Assembly: GCA_030264375.1 (NCBI GenBank) | Contig: JASCQW010000128.1 | Location: 20,492,961-20,556,960 of the forward strand | DNA length: 64,000 nt | DNA from: Carcharhinus longimanus | Taxonomy: Eukaryota | Reading direction: 5' to 3' | In this document: piece after piece, positions 36,700 to 50,943 of the stretch | Position numbering within the stretch: the first letter of the stretch is position 1 | Layout of the letters: each line of letters opens with the position of its first letter | The notes under the pieces: model-generated | What the model was told of the DNA's origin: nothing | What the model saw: only the letters and a program-made list of their open reading frames with translations | Database searches by the model: none | Made by a program: the position numbers and the translations under genes

Positions 36700-38050
36700 A
36701 ACCAAGATTTGGAGTTGTACAGAATGTTGATTAGGCCACAGTTGGAGTACTGTGTGCAGTTTTGGTCACCTCACTATGGGAAGAATGTGTTAGAACTAGA
36801 GTGGGTACAAGAGTGGATTTACCAGGATGTTGCCCAGGATGGGGCATTTGAGCTTTAAGGAGAGACTGGATGGGGCTTGGATTGGTTGTTGGGGGGGAGA
36901 TATGATTGAGCTGTGTAAGTTTATGAGGGGTACAGACAGGATAAATAGGAAACAGCTGTTTCCCTTGGTTGAGGGGTCAATCACAAGGGGCAGAAGATTC
37001 AGAGGGGATTTGGGGTAAAAAAAATCACTCAGAGGGTAATGGGAATCTGGAATGCACTGCCTGGGAAGGTAGTGGAGGCCGGAAACCTTACAACCTTTAC
37101 AAAATATCTGGATGAAACATCATAACATTCAAGAATATGGGACAAGTGCAGGAAAATGGGATTAGTACGACTTCAGTGGTAGTTATTGTTAGTATGGATT
37201 CGATGGGCCGAAGGGTCTACAGAGAAGGGAGAGGGAGTTGAAGAGATGGACAGGTTTAGGGGTGGGGAATTGCAGAGTTTGGAGCCTCAGAGGATAGTGA
37301 ATCCGTAGAATTCTTTCCCGCAGAGGGCTGTAAAGGCTGGATCGTTAAGTAAGTTCAAGGCTGAGATAGAGAGATTTTTATTCATTAAGGGAATCGAGGG
37401 TCATGGGGAGAAGTTATCGGGAAAGCGGAGTTGAGGATTATCACATCAGATCGGTCATAATCTCATTGAATGGCAGAAAGTACTCGATGGGCCAAATGGC
37501 CTACTTGTGCTCCTATGTCTTCTGGTTGTTGACACAGGAGCCGATGAGTGCCTTGCAATCAGTGTTGGAGATAAGTGTGGAAGGAGACAGGGAGAAGGGT
37601 TTAAGAAGAGAATAATGTTGAAGAAATACACTGGATTGATTGGCCGTGCTAAATTGCCCCTCAGTGTCAGGGGGAATCATATAGTGCAGAAAGAGGCCAT
37701 TCGGCCCATCGAGTCTGCACTGACCACAATCCCACCCAGGCCCTCCCCCCATATCCCTATACATTTACCCATTAATCCTTCTAACCCACACATCTCAGGA
37801 CACTAAGGGGCAATTTTAGCATGGCCTATCAACCTAACCCGCACATTTTTGAAGTAGTTGAGGCTACCTCATTGAATGTTTTTAAGGTAAGGATAGTTAA
37901 ATTTTTGAACACAAAAGGAATTAAGGGTAATGGTGAGCAGGTGGGTAAGTGGATCTGAGTCCACAAAATGATCAGCCATGATCTTATTGAATGGCAGAGC
38001 AGGCTCGAGGAGCCAGATGATCTACTCCGGTTCCTAGTTCTTATGTTCTT
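36700..38050 (+). mobile_element. Cluster of CR1 3' fragments with nested SINE pieces
   Basis: LIRPQLEYCVQFWSPHY, RFTRMLP-like remnants; several CR1 tails (~37215, ~37520, ~38050). Confidence 0.75.
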
Positions 38051-38697
38051 ATTGCAGTGTTAATGTAAGCCTTATTTGTGACATAAATCAACTTTACATT
38101 GCCATGTTCTCCTTAATCAATACTGCCACTCATCCCCATTTCCTTCCTTTCCTATTTTCCTGAACACCTTGTATCCAGGAATATTTTATAGCCAATCTGC
38201 TCTTCTTTCAGTCAGGTTTCTCTTATTTCCACAATGTCATATTTATGTGCCCACCTATGTCTGCAAATCTTTTTTCACCACACTCAGAACATGAACTCTA
38301 ATTTAGACTTTATCCCACCTAATAATGTACTATTTCCCATTCTAGTGCTAATGATTCCCCCAGTAATATCTCCTTGCTAGTATTACCTTCTAGTTCCGAT
38401 CTAGTTGCCAAGTTAATTTAAATACTCCCCAATAGCACTTGAGAACATATCCACAAGGAATTTGGGTGCTGTTTAGATTCAACCTTTCTGACCTGTACAG
38501 TCGCCCCAGAGTTGGTCCCAGTGTCTCAGGAATTTAAAGCTTCCTCGCTTTTGCTATTATTCAGCCACACATTCACTTAAGGGGGCATGGGAGATTGAGG
38601 GAGCATGGCATAGCAGGGAGCTTTGGAGCCCATGAAGGAGCATGGGGAGCTGGGTAGAGGTGGCAAGGGATGGGGTTTAAGGATGTGGGCTTAACTA

Positions 38698-38985
38698 GAG
38701 CACAGTGACAGAGTGGCTAGCACTGCTGTTCCACAGCACAGGGACCCGGGTTCAACTCCAACCTTGCATGATTATGTGGAGTTTGCACTTTCTCCCTGAG
38801 TCTGCATGGGCTTCCTCCAGGTACTCCAGTTTTCTCCCATAGTCCAAAGATGTGCAGATTAGGGCGATTGGCCATGCTGAATTTCCTCTTAATGTTCCAA
38901 GATGTGTAGACTTGGTGGATTAGCCTAGTGCAAAGTTGATGGGCTGAATGGCCTTTTTCTGCATTATTGGGTTTCTATGATCTAA
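38698..38985 (+). mobile_element. HE1-like tRNA-derived SINE
   Basis: gtggctagcactgctg...gggacccgggttcaactcc head and tgtggagtttgcac core. Confidence 0.75.
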
Positions 38986-40299
38986 TATTCCATTTTTGCA
39001 ATATCATTGTCATACAATCCTATACTGGAAAATAAATTGGTGGAATGGAGGTGACTGGCTTAACTGAATTGAAAACAGAAAGGCTGCAAAGGTCAAAAGC
39101 CAATGGAGAAGGTGTGAAGGCAAGTGGTTTGAAATGGTAATGAAAGGGAATCGGAGGAACTTGGATAAGAATTTACATAAGGCAAATCAAAGAAGTTGCT
39201 TAAAACTGGCTATTGTATTTCAAAAGGAACATATACATTTACAATCTTCCAATTGTATGAGGCAAAATAGTATAGGTTCACTTTTAAAATATAACGGCCA
39301 TAACATTAAAAAAGTGATTAATTCGGGAAAAGGAACTTGTGAAGAGTTGTAGAAAACAATAGAATGTAATATTGAAGAAGGGAAAGGGTTAATGAATTGA
39401 ATGCATTTTGTACCTAGCATATATCACAAACATAACCCTTCCTCATTGTTGATCTCTTCAAGCTTATACTGCTCCTGGCATCAATATAAATGTTTTCCTT
39501 ACTTGTTCATGTCTTTCATTCTTTAACTTTCATTTCCATAAAGACAGATAATTAAATGTGAATGTTATTTTGTAGACATCGCAAACCTTGCCAGTTCATA
39601 CTAGCTAAGCATAAGCATAGCTAAGCTAAGCAACAGCTGCAGATGGTAGAATGCGATAACGGCTATTTGACAATAGGACTCCTGCTGGGAAGCCGCGACC
39701 ACACAAGTTACTTCAATGGAGAAGCTGCCAAAGCCACCGGAAAAGCTATGAATCATGACTGTACCAATGGCTGCATCATGACTGAAGCTGCCAGACAAAC
39801 CGCGGGTCCTGGCTGAAGCCAGGGGCTGCATCTTGGCTGGAAGTGGAAGCATTGCGAGTCCTGATTGATACCAGAGTTTGCATCATGACTGATGCTGAGA
39901 ATCATGATGTATAAATACTCACACTTATTCAGTGAAAAGCCTAGTAAACCACTGTTAGATACCAGGTCTCTCCCAAAAGCTTTTGAAATAAAACTACTGT
40001 ACTTTGACTCACTAACTGTCTCAGAGGTGTCTTCTACCTACAACAATATTAAAAGGAAAAACAGATTTAAGAAAACTGTGGTGGCTTGCCCCTTTCAAAG
40101 ATAAGATCTTGGAGAGTCATGTGAGCCATTTTGCCAACTGGGCCACAGCACATGAATCCCGGATCTAAGGACAGGTTTTCCTTGCCAGTTAGGAATTTGG
40201 AGTTGTGGAGTATGGTGTAACCTTTATATCACTCTTTGTACATAGTTGTTTACCTTATTGAACCATTCATAAATCTATTTAGTAGTAGCTTGTCATGGA

Positions 40300-40696
40300 A
40301 GCGACTGTGTTTGGCGATGAGGATCAATCAGGATGCCCTCTTACTGCTGCAGAAATAGGGAGAGCAGACTTAGTGTGGAAGCCTGACAGTTAGCAGTCTG
40401 TGAATGACAAAATGCCCCTTTTTGGGAAACAAAGCCTGTCTGACCCTTACACAGAGGAATGGGTGCAATATATCAAATGCTTACACTTTTTTTTAAGGTC
40501 AATGAAATCAGGAGGTGGGAGAGAAGCTGCAGGTAATCCTATTAACAACCTACTGGACTCCAATTTACAGCCCGATAAGGAGTCTGACTTCTCCAGATGC
40601 CCCAACTCAAAAACATTTGAGAAGTATAAGGAATTACTCAAGGGACATTATTACCCAAAGGCTTCAGTGATAATGCAGTGATAAAAATTTAATTCA
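40300..40696 (+). mobile_element. Gypsy 5' internal region: PBS and gag start (LTR probably upstream ~39570-40310)
   Basis: PBS tggcgatgaggat 40312-40324; gag-like MPLFGK...EEWVQYI..L.FF from 40412; gag-like KDQIVLGI resumes at ~41895 after the LINE insertion. Confidence 0.65.
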
Positions 40697-41735
40697 ATGG
40701 CAATGGTTGTGATTGTAGAGGGTCAGTCATCTCAGGCCCAGGACATCTCTGCAGGAGTCCCTCAGGGTTGTGCCTTAGGCCCAACAATCTTCAGCTGCTT
40801 CATCAATGAATTTTCCTCCATCGTAAGGTCAGAAGTGGGGATGTTCACCGATGATTACACAATGTTCAGCACCATTCACGATTCTTCAGATACTGAAGCA
40901 GTCCATGTTCAAATGCAACAAGATCTGGACAATATCCAGGCTTGGGCTGACAAGTAGCAAGTAACATTCACACCACAGAAATACCAGGCAATGACCATCA
41001 CCAATAAGAGTCAGCCTAACCACCGCCCCTTGACATTCAATGGTGTTACCATCACCGAATCCCCCACTGACAACATCTTTGGGGTTACCCTTGACCAGAA
41101 ATTCAACTGGACTCACCACATAAACACAGTGGCTACAAGAACAGGTCAGAGGCTAGGAATACTGCAGCGGGTAACTCACCTCCTGACTCCCAAGAGCTAT
41201 CCACCATCTACAAGGCACAAGTCAGGAGTGTGATGGAATACTCCCCACTTGCCTGGATAAGTGCAGTTCCAATAACACTCAAGGAGCTGGACACCATCCA
41301 GGGTAAAGCAGCCCGCTTGACTGGCTCCACATCTACAAACATTCAATCTCTCCACCACCGATGCTCAGAAGCAGCAGTGTGTACCATCTACAAGATGCAC
41401 TGCAGCAGTTCACCAAAGATCCTTAGGTAGCATCTTCCAAATCATGACCACTTCCATCCAGAAGGACAAGGGCGGCAGATAAATGGGAACACCACCACCT
41501 GCAAGTTCCCCTCCAAGCCACTCACAATCCTGACCTGGAAATATATCGCTGTTCCTTCACAGTCGCTGGGTCAAAATCCTGGAATTCCCTCCCTAATGGC
41601 ATTGAGGCAACCCACAGAACGTGTACTGCAGCGATTCAAAGTGGCAGCTCACCACCACCTTCTCAAGGGAACTAGGGATGGGTAATAAATGCTGGCCGGC
41701 AAGCAACGCCCAGGTCCCACAAAAGAATAAAAAAT
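40697..41735 (+). mobile_element. CR1/L2-clade LINE 3' half inserted into Gypsy gag
   Basis: GVPQGCALGPTIFSCFIN, FTDD, MEYSPLAW motifs; tail cttctcaagggaactagggatgggtaataaatgctggcc. Confidence 0.85.
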
Positions 41736-43046
41736 TTAAAAATCCACAGCAAAGCACCTGTAAAAACAATCATCCTTTTTCCCCTAAATTATTTTAATCT
41801 CACCAACATTATGGAAATATCACAAGTCAAGCGTACCATTTTGAGATAAAGATAACAACAGAACTCATCTACAAAACATACAAGAGTAAAATTTAAAGAT
41901 CAGATTGTGCTGGGCATCTGCTTATGACTGGGTTCCTTCAGTTCATTTCTAATTTTGATTAAGTTGGGTATTTTAATTTCTATCTTGGCTGATTGTACAA
42001 GGGCCCAGAGACACAGATTTCAGCTTTTGGATGAGATATGAACGTTAAGAGGGGATACGAGGAAGAACATTTTTTAACACAATGAATGGTAACGGCCCAG
42101 AATTTGACGCCAGCATGGATTTGATCGGTTGAATGGACTCCTTATGTGCCGTTATGACTTCACAACTTTATTGCCCTTCCATCAATATTATATAATTATG
42201 TACCAATATCTTGCAAATTTAAACCCAGTGTTGGGATGTTAAAATCACAAAGTAGGTGACCAACAGGGCACAGAATTCAATTTCAGTATGTGCAAAGTGC
42301 TTCACACAAATTTTTTCACAATGTTCTTAGTTCATTAAAAAGTGATATGCTTACCATATATCCAATGCAACAGAAGGTAAAATTGAAGGAAATCTACCTG
42401 ACTTAGCACTTTATTTAGCTAATCATCATAGAGCAGAAATTAAACAGAACATCAAGTCACTCGAATATAAATCAGAGGATATCTGTTAAATTCTTCAGCA
42501 ATGGAAATGGTGGTCTGATCACATCCTGAGTAAAAGATGTTTAGCTTTCAAACTCAGATTAATCATTCAAAGATGAAAGTGTCAAATCGGGTTGTCAACT
42601 GCCCTTGTCGTTAATTGCAACACAAGATATTTTTCAAAACATGAAATGTACATTAAAAGGAATTAATATTACAGAATGCTGAAGAGAAGGTGTTATTAAA
42701 ACCCTGCTGTGGTATTAACTTTATATTTGCTGTTGTATTCTGCTAAATGGGTTGAGGGGGAGGCAGGCATTCTTTCAGAGATGTTGGGATTTTACGGCCT
42801 CGCTCATCCCAAAACCGTAAAATCCCACCCGAGGTCAACAGACCTTTCCATGGTCCGCCTCTCATCTGCTCCAATTCCCGTGGCGGGACAGACAGTAAAA
42901 TTCTGGGTTTCCTAATTTAAAGATTGAATTCCTCAATCCAAGTTTTATTTCTGGCTTCTAAGCAATAACCGAAGGAGCTGGGAAGAAATTTCTCTTAAAA
43001 GGCAATATCTCAAAGTTTTTCACATACAGATTTCACACAAACTTGC

Positions 43047-43386
43047 CTCTATGTCCCTCTCCGGTCGAAGTTTCAGATCTTCACAGCACTCTTTGGAGAG
43101 CCTCAGCAACATACACTCCCTGGACCTATCTTCCACCAGTGCTTCATACACTTTTTCCTTATTCCCCTGATTCGATCCAAGACCCTTTTTTTTGCTGAGG
43201 GGTATCAGCAGAACACTGGTGACTTTTTCCATCACCAGTCTCCCAGCAGCAGAGTCTTTGGTTATCACAGTATCATTCAACAAAACACAAGCAAACAGTT
43301 GACCATTCTGAACATGCCGAGCAGCACCATGATTGCCAGGAACCGCATAGGATGTCGTTATGTGCAAATTTGCTTTGACATTAAAC
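43047..43386 (-). CDS. HELZ: HELZ-like coding exon (FNVKANLHI...QNGQLF...AGRLVM...KEKVYEA...LRLSKECCEDLKLRPERDIE) ending in a GC donor
   Basis: Acceptor tttttgtactag, donor GAG|gcaagt, 340 nt, phase 2->0; matches HELZ through LRLSRECCEELNLRPD. Confidence 0.92.
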
Positions 43387-43724
43387 CTAGTACAAAAAGA
43401 GAAAAAAAGACTTGAAACTAATCAAAGAATAGCATTTTTTAAACTGCCTACATAGGATTTCCCCCATCTTGTTCCCTCCAAGAGGGCCTACAAAATAACA
43501 GATGAATCTCATGCACAAAGTAGGAATCTAATTTTAAGTTTGCAAAAACCTTACAGAAAACAGCACCAAAACTCAAATGATTCAGAGCCAATTGAGATTT
43601 AAAAAAAAAGGGTCCTTATTTGAATTTTCTCCTCCACTGTTCAGGATCCTTATTCTTGTGAAGTTCCATGCATGCTTTCCAATAACTTGCTCATTTTTCA
43701 TCAATATGTGCAACTGTGTTCAGC

Positions 43725-44642
43725 TGTTTGATGAAGAGGGTACCACAGGCAAACCTTATCCTCACCTCAGAGAGCTGCACATGTGCACTTTCCGGCTGTA
43801 ATGGAATTTATGTTTTCAATGTTTGTTTTTATTGAGACAGAACTTTACTGAAAGCAGAAACTATAAAGGGAAACAGGAAAAGGAGACTGAAATGGAAATA
43901 GGGAAAGGAAATGACCTTCCCAGTCTCTAAAGAAATGAAAACTGAAACCGGGATTGGATACCAAAACTTCAAAGGAGACTGGAACCAACTGAAAGATATA
44001 ACATGACACAGATCAATTCAAGCTCAGTAGTTGAAGTTGATGAGCTCAGCGGATGCAGAATGAGCAAGCTGGAGATGACAGAGGCAGATTCAGAAGCTGA
44101 GAATATGCAAAGAAATAGTAGCCGCAGCTTTTTTGTTACTTGAAGATAACTACAAGTGACATCAGACTTGAGCAAGTTCTGCAGCCATGTTTCAGCTTTG
44201 GTGAAAACCCTACCCATGGAAAATAAGTTGGCTGTGCATTGTTGTCAGCTTGGCATCAGGCTAGCTTCATAGAAAGGAGCTGAAATTCTTCATATCGAAG
44301 ACAGCGTTTCAAAGGACTTTGTGACTGATTTTAATGATCCATATGCTGAAGGGACTGCTGAGCCCATTCATAATATCTGTCTTAGTTGTATCTGCCATTC
44401 AATGTGTCATTTATAGTTTAGAATTGGTCCCAATTTACCTGTTAACTCACATTAAACTAATGTTGATTCTGTGTGTTAGAGTTTAGGTGGTTAGCTAAGA
44501 AAGTATTTAGTGTTCGCTCTGTTTTGATTCTTGTTTAATAAAAATGCATCTTATTTTAAATCGTGGAATATTGTGGCTTCAGTCTTCCAGTAAATAACTG
44601 GGATTTCAGATTGTCTTTTTTTTCCAAATTGAAAGCATAACG
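43725..44642 (+). mobile_element. Solo LTR-like element
   Basis: AATAAA at ~44537 followed by a U5-like stretch ending cataac, like other LTR ends in the window. Confidence 0.35.
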
Positions 44643-45353
44643 CAGCCTAATTCACAAGTGAACCATCAATGCTGGCCTAAGACTTCCTTTTCTCATGTCC
44701 ACTACAAAGAAAAGTGGAATTTTCTTAGCTCCTTTCCTCCTAAAATAAAACAAATGGATCTCTAACAATTTTCAAAATTGCACTCAAAATCTATGCATTC
44801 TTGGCACATTTTATTCTACTTTTAAATTTAATTATGGGGGAAAACTTGGCTAGTTGCTGACTCAGTCAGTATACTCTGTGTGTATCTGAACTGATCAGTT
44901 AATAGGTTTCTGGATCTGCACAAATGTAGCGGAAATTAGTGTAGTCAGTGCTTGGGTTGAATCACTGTAATCAACATTCACATCTGGGGCCAGAGAGATG
45001 AAAAATAAGCAGCCAATATTGCCATCCAGTTATATCTAATGCCTGTGTTCATGTGTAGACAGCTCTGCATGTCAAAAAGCCAACCAATACACTGAGGCTC
45101 ACACCAAAGTTGCTGGTGCATGTGGTTGAGGCACTGTCATTGCAGAGAAAATTGGGCGGGGTGGGGGATGTGATGGTGGGGTGAAAAGTAAAATAGTGCA
45201 ATTACAGGATGGCATCTTTCTGGTCACCTGGAATCCAGCCATCCTTGGTTGAAGGATTAAATTGTATATGACACATGAGTTGGTACATTCTCAGTCTCAG
45301 CAGTTGCCAAATCTCCAACTTCCTCTGAAATTGCAAATGTGAAAAGCCCTTAC

Positions 45354-45621
45354 TTGCTTATATCTTTATTTTGTGCATTTTCCTCAATGTAGAGAAGATC
45401 GTGGAAGCGAGAATGATAATTATGTCTGTTCAAGGCTTTGTCCAGAACTGACCGGGTGAACAATTGGTCAGCAGCAGCGGGAATTTGATAGGTCACCAAC
45501 AGTGTCAGATCAAGATCAGACTGCTCTTGAGGTCGAAAATCAACCACTTGTTTACACGTTGAATCCCAGCGCTGTGATGTCGTAAGGGATTGCTGCTGAT
45601 GTTGTAGCAATGCTTCCGTAC
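45354..45621 (-). CDS. HELZ: HELZ-like coding exon ([20 protein letters not shown]...[20 protein letters not shown]...[17 protein letters not shown])
   Basis: Acceptor ttttaacag, donor AA|gtaagg, 268 nt, phase 1->2; strong match to [32 protein letters not shown]. Confidence 0.95.
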
Positions 45622-45711
45622 CTGTTAAAAAATAAAATTATTTAAAGTAAATCAAATAGTTTAACTTCTTAACCTTCTATCCAACTAAGGAACAGGCGTG
45701 CAATGCCATTT

Positions 45712-46080
45712 TAAAATATTCTTTCCTGGGATGTAGGCATCACTAGCAAGGCCAGCATTTATTGCCTACCCTAATTACCCTTGAACTGAATGACTTGCTA
45801 GGCTATTTCAGAAGACAGTTAAGAATCAAGCACATTGTTGTGGGTCTGGAGTAACATGTAGGCCAGACTGGGTAAAAATGGAAAATTGCCTTCCCTAAAG
45901 GGCCTGAGTGAATGAGATGGGTTTTTTGAAAATCAATTATAGTCTACACAGACTACACATTACTGAGACTAGCTTTATACTCTAGATTTATTAATTAAGT
46001 TTAAATTGCACCAGTTGCCATGATTTCATTTGAACCTATGTCCCTAATGTCCAGTGACATTACCACTTTGAAACCATCTT
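45712..46080 (-). mobile_element. tRNA-derived SINE with LINE-shared tail, reverse orientation
   Basis: gggatgtaggcatcactagcaaggccagcatttattgcctaccctaattacccttgaact is the reverse complement of the tail at 57600-57660. Confidence 0.7.
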
Positions 46081-46862
46081 ACACGACATTTTTCCCTCAT
46101 TCAGTAGCTCTGAAATCATCACCTGCAGTTTTGCAAGTAAAACCAGGAAAAACCTAAGAAAGAAAGAATGAGGTAGTCAATCAATCTGTCTTGTTCCATC
46201 AGTTACTGGTGACAGCCCTTTAGTTATCTTCCCTCAATCTGAAGATCCTCCTTCTAAAAAATCCTGCACTTATCTCACCATCTTATAAATTTTTAATTCC
46301 TCTCCCTTCAACTAAGCTTTTAGTCAACTTTCCTAAACGTTGCACTATTGGTCATTGTCCTCTTCTCCCTCCCTTTTCTAAAAAGCTAGCATGTGTTCTG
46401 CGATATAAAGGCAATATATTAATGCAATTGTTGTAATGATATAGTTCTGGAGCAATTGCTCGATGTAATGCATTACTGGCACAAGCCAACATCAAGCCAA
46501 GCGATTCATTGACACAGCATGTTGAAGCTCACACTGGAACATTGGACCACACCTTTACAATTCTAAACCTGGATGCCACTTCAATACTTAATTTTACAGA
46601 ACTTCTATTTCAATTTCTATATTGAAATGAAGGCCAATCCCACTATTACTCAGACTCATTCATTCATAGAGCCTCATAATTGTACGTCTTAATCCCTTTA
46701 TTTTCTCTTTCTTTTCCAACTAGCAGATTTTTAAAGAACAAGATTTGCATCACTGCTTACCAAATTATCTTGTTCAATCTTGATCCATCTAACAGTAAGA
46801 ACCATGGCCTTCATCTTAGTTTAACAAATACAAAAACTGTGAAAAGAAAAGAAACCAAATAC

Positions 46863-47160
46863 CTTTATCTGACAGTGCAGACACAGTAACTGTCTGCATC
46901 AGCACTGGCTCGGATCCAAAATCAAAAAATATGGTTTGCTGAAAATTTCCAAAGACTCCAGAAGAAAATTTGACTGTAATTTGGTAAACATGCTCCTCAA
47001 TCCTGTTCTGGCCGCTTGAGCTTCGACTCCATTCTTGACATTTGGATAATATGGAATATGGATGAAGACTGTGAGAGTCACCAGCAGCAATGGAAACAAT
47101 GTGGAAGCATGGTGTGAAAGCATTAGTCAGAAATGCAACATGATGGAGTAACCGTGGAGG
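46863..47160 (-). CDS. HELZ: HELZ-like coding exon (PPRLLHHVAFL...FGNFQQTIFFDFGSEPVLMQTVTVSALSDK)
   Basis: Acceptor ttttccaacag, donor AAG|gtattt, 298 nt, phase 0->1; FG.F.QTI.FDFG.EPVLMQ hallmark. Confidence 0.93.
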
Positions 47161-48375
47161 CTGTTGGAAAATGAAAAAGGACTTAATTACAATAACTTTG
47201 CACAGAATAAGGAGAATGATCACAATCTCCTTGAAAGCTTCAACATCAAAGCTATTCTTGAAAAACAGACTCATACTCAAAACTATTTTGTCTAGTTCTA
47301 GTGTTTTAAGGCTTCAGATGGCATGGAAAATGACTGAAGTTGATAAAATGTATTTGTCATATTTAAAAAAATTAACGCCTGCACAAACTATCATACAAAA
47401 TCTTACTTCCTTTGCCAGTTATTTTGAGTATAAATTCTTGGGTCCACCTTCATAATGGGAATTACCTTTGTAAACTGTAATTATATCTTCCCATCAGTGG
47501 TGGCACCTAAGAACATAAGAACATAAGAAATAGGAGCAGGAGTAGGCCATCTAGCCCTTCGAGCCTGCCCCGCCATTCAATAANNNNNNNNNNNNNNNNN
47601 NNNNNNNNNNNNNNNNNNNNNNNNNNNNNNNNNNNNNNNNNNNNNNNNNNNNNNNNNNNNNNNNNNNNNNNNNNNNNNNNNNNGCTTCAATTTTGCACCT
47701 TAACTCCTCAGTCTAATTACAGAGACCTGCAACTAATGTTACTTTTTTGTTTTGTGTAATGTTTGCTATTCAATTATAAGTGATATAAATGTAAATATAA
47801 AAAAGACAGAATATAAATAGGGCATCAAAATAGGGTCCACACTCTTTTCATATCTCATTCCAATAGCCAATCCAGACAGCAAGTTCAGGTTGCTCAACCA
47901 TGAAGAGAACAATCCAGCCTGATCCTGTCCTCACTTGTTGTCCACTCATGTATTTTCAACAGGCCTCTGTTGCCCATGGAACGGTAGGTCATGAGGGAAT
48001 GTGTACTTTCATGAACAGAGGGGAGAAAATTGTGCAAGTGACAGGTCATGATTAGGGGTGCTTATTTCTTGATCTAAGGTAATGACAGAACTTGTCCTCT
48101 GTGGTAAAACAAGGAGCAACAACAAACTCATATTCTGCTGTGTTTGTGGGAACAGTTCATTTTTGGAAATCTGATGTTAGGCTAAAAGCAGAATCATATT
48201 GATTATTTTCTCTCTCAAGTTCGGGGATGCAAAAGGCACCAAAAGCCCCCAACTACTAGAAATTATCAAAATCTTTCATTTGTGAATCAGCTTTTATTCA
48301 TACATCTGGATTCTATCAAATATGTAGCAATATTGCAAGTATGCAAGAGAGAAGACTAACTTTTTTGGAACTTAC

Positions 48376-48483
48376 ATCACAAGTAAAAACAAATGTCCAT
48401 GAAAAGTCATATTGTCGGTCATCAGAGACCTGATTCATCTCCTGACTGCATTCTACTCTCACACCTTCAATAGCCCCACTCAC
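48376..48483 (-). CDS. HELZ: HELZ-like coding exon (VSGAIEGVRVECSQEMNQVSDDRQYDFSWTFVFTCD)
   Basis: Acceptor ttcttcaccag, donor GAT|gtaagt, 108 nt, phase 0->0; IEGV.VE and WTF..TC as in HELZ. Confidence 0.9.
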
Positions 48484-50744
48484 CTGGTGAAGAAAATCAC
48501 AAGTAAATAAGTATGCAACATAGTAAATGGCCACAAACGGTACATTTAGCCTCAAGTTGATTTTTGAATGCAAAGAGGCCACATTTCACATCCATCTACT
48601 TCACAGATTTTTAAACTACAGTAGCTAGAACCTGGACAATCGGTCCATGAAATCCAGATTTCTTTCCACCACTCATGGCATTAATTTGCTGAGTAGCACA
48701 TGATCTGTGTTGTTTTTAAAAAGATGTTTTCCTTCAGTTAGCTGAAATAGTCTTTTGGGAATTAGTATACCAGAGATATGGCAATATTAGCAAGGAATTT
48801 CTGCACACAATGTATTTAAATGTGACAATGCTGGCAGATGTACAGTACTGTCCACACTGGGTAAAGGAAATAATTCCTTGACACTGGGTACTATTCTGAA
48901 GTATACATTAATTCTATCTGATCATAGTTTGGACAGCACCAACTATGTATTTTGAATATCGCCAAAGCTGAGAAATGGACATGTGGGATAAAGTGTGGTA
49001 GAAATATGAAAAATATAAATGAAAATCCTGGGTTGCTGATGTAGAAGGAAAAATATTTTTCCTAAAAAATATTAAAGTAACAAGTTAATACCAAAACAAA
49101 TTACTAAAACTTGAATATTCATCTTCCATCTTCTATTTTTTTCCCCTTGATCTGCCTTTCACCTTATTTTAAGGTTTATTAAATTTATCTGCTCCTTTTC
49201 ATTTTTGCCTGGTCAATTGGATAGTTTCAAATGGTGACAATCATGGTATATTGGAACAGTTCCTTGTAGGTCATTTAAAATTCATCATTGCACTACTCAG
49301 TGGAAAGAATCTAGATTAGACATTTTGTCCACTGATTATGGAAGGAAATATCAAATCCAAATATTGGAGCAATCAAGTTTGTTTAATCAGCTACTTCCTA
49401 TTTATTCTCATTGTATAGAATTGTAATGAGCCAAAATAGTATAACGTTCACAAGATAATTGCAGTTGAGAAAGGCAATTTAGCTACTTTTTAAAGTAATT
49501 CTAACTTAACCATTGTAGCATCAAATTGCTTCTTAAATCTCCCCACTGTCTATTGACGCCATCAATTACTGTCTGTCTCTCCTTGTGTCACTCCTGTTAA
49601 TTCAATTAAGATATGTTCTTGAATTTATGATAAACATTCCTCTTTTGAACACTGCACTTAAACCTGGACTTTTGACCTCATTGAAGTTCAGATATTTTCA
49701 GATATGTACAAATTTGTGTTCATCAAAACACTATTCTGAATGTGGAGTAGTTGTGGGGCTTAAGCAAACTTTCCAGCCCAGGAGATCCCACCAGTGGTTT
49801 TACAGTCCATGAAGATGTAAGGTTCAATCTGGCTAAATTACATCAAGAAATATAATTCCATTTATGAACATAGAAATATGACAAGCAAGGTGACCTCCTA
49901 GTCCATCAAGTCCCACCCACTTAAAATTGCACCTAAACTATCATGACCAGACTCCCTGTTCACCACGAAGTGGAAAAAAGCTACATAGGATTAAGTCCAT
50001 AAACTGCTAATCAAACAGTTACATAGCAACCAACATCTAGCTCAAATAGGAACATAGTGTAGTAAACAAAATCTGACACTGGTACTATGAAGGCTAATTA
50101 AGGCAAGAGAATTATTTTGAGTGGCCTGATGCCTAAAAGGCGAGGAAAATATAAACACAAAAAAGTTCAAAATCAGAAAAGTTTAAATTTTGTACATAGA
50201 GAACAAACTGAAGTCTTCATTAAGGGACTGCTGGAGTTTAATGGGCTAAATGCAAACATCTTATAAGCACAAAGCACTGATAAACTACTTGCTGCTCGTT
50301 GTGCTAGGTCCTGCTACCCATTAAGTCACTAACTTACAAAATTTAACAGATGAGTGAGGAATCCCAGTTCTTGGTGATGAGTCTCTTTCTCTTCCCCCAA
50401 TTCCCAATGACCTAGGCTGCCTGCACAATCAGCGACAGTGCTGTGGAAAATTGTGAATCTGCCTTGTCCCACTTGGAGGTGAGGGTCTTCCAGATAGAAC
50501 TAATTCTGTTCCAATCTTCTTTCAATGTGAGACCATTTGAACCCTTCAGGGTTCATATGCTAGGATTCTGTCTCAGGCTCCTGATGTACCCATTGAAATG
50601 AAGACAGACAATTGTATCTGCAAACAGATTCATTTCTGAAAATTGCATGCAACCTGGTGAACCTAATATGCAAGAAAGTGTGCAACAGAAAATGATACAA
50701 GGTTACACCAAAGGTGCAAAGCAAACAGAGGCATTTTATCTTAC

Positions 50745-50943
50745 CACCCTGTCTGGACTTGGGCTGTTAATCCATTTCTCGATCAATCTTTCACTATAAT
50801 TGGCACCTTGCTGCTGTTGCTCCCTTTGCTGCTGATACTGAAGTCGTCTGTAAGCATGTCGTTCTCTCCATTCCAGCAGCTCAGTGTCAGAATGAGCAAA
50901 CACACAGAAATCCTCAAAATGGCATGCTCCACATTCCAAATAT
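50745..50943 (-). CDS. HELZ: HELZ-like coding exon: CCCH zinc finger (YLECGACHFEDFCVFAHS...ERLIEKWINSPSPDRV)
   Basis: Acceptor cacag, donor GTG|gtaaga, 199 nt, phase 2->0; completes C-x8-C-x5-C-x3-H with the previous exon; LIEKW.NS.SP motif as in HELZ. Confidence 0.92.
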
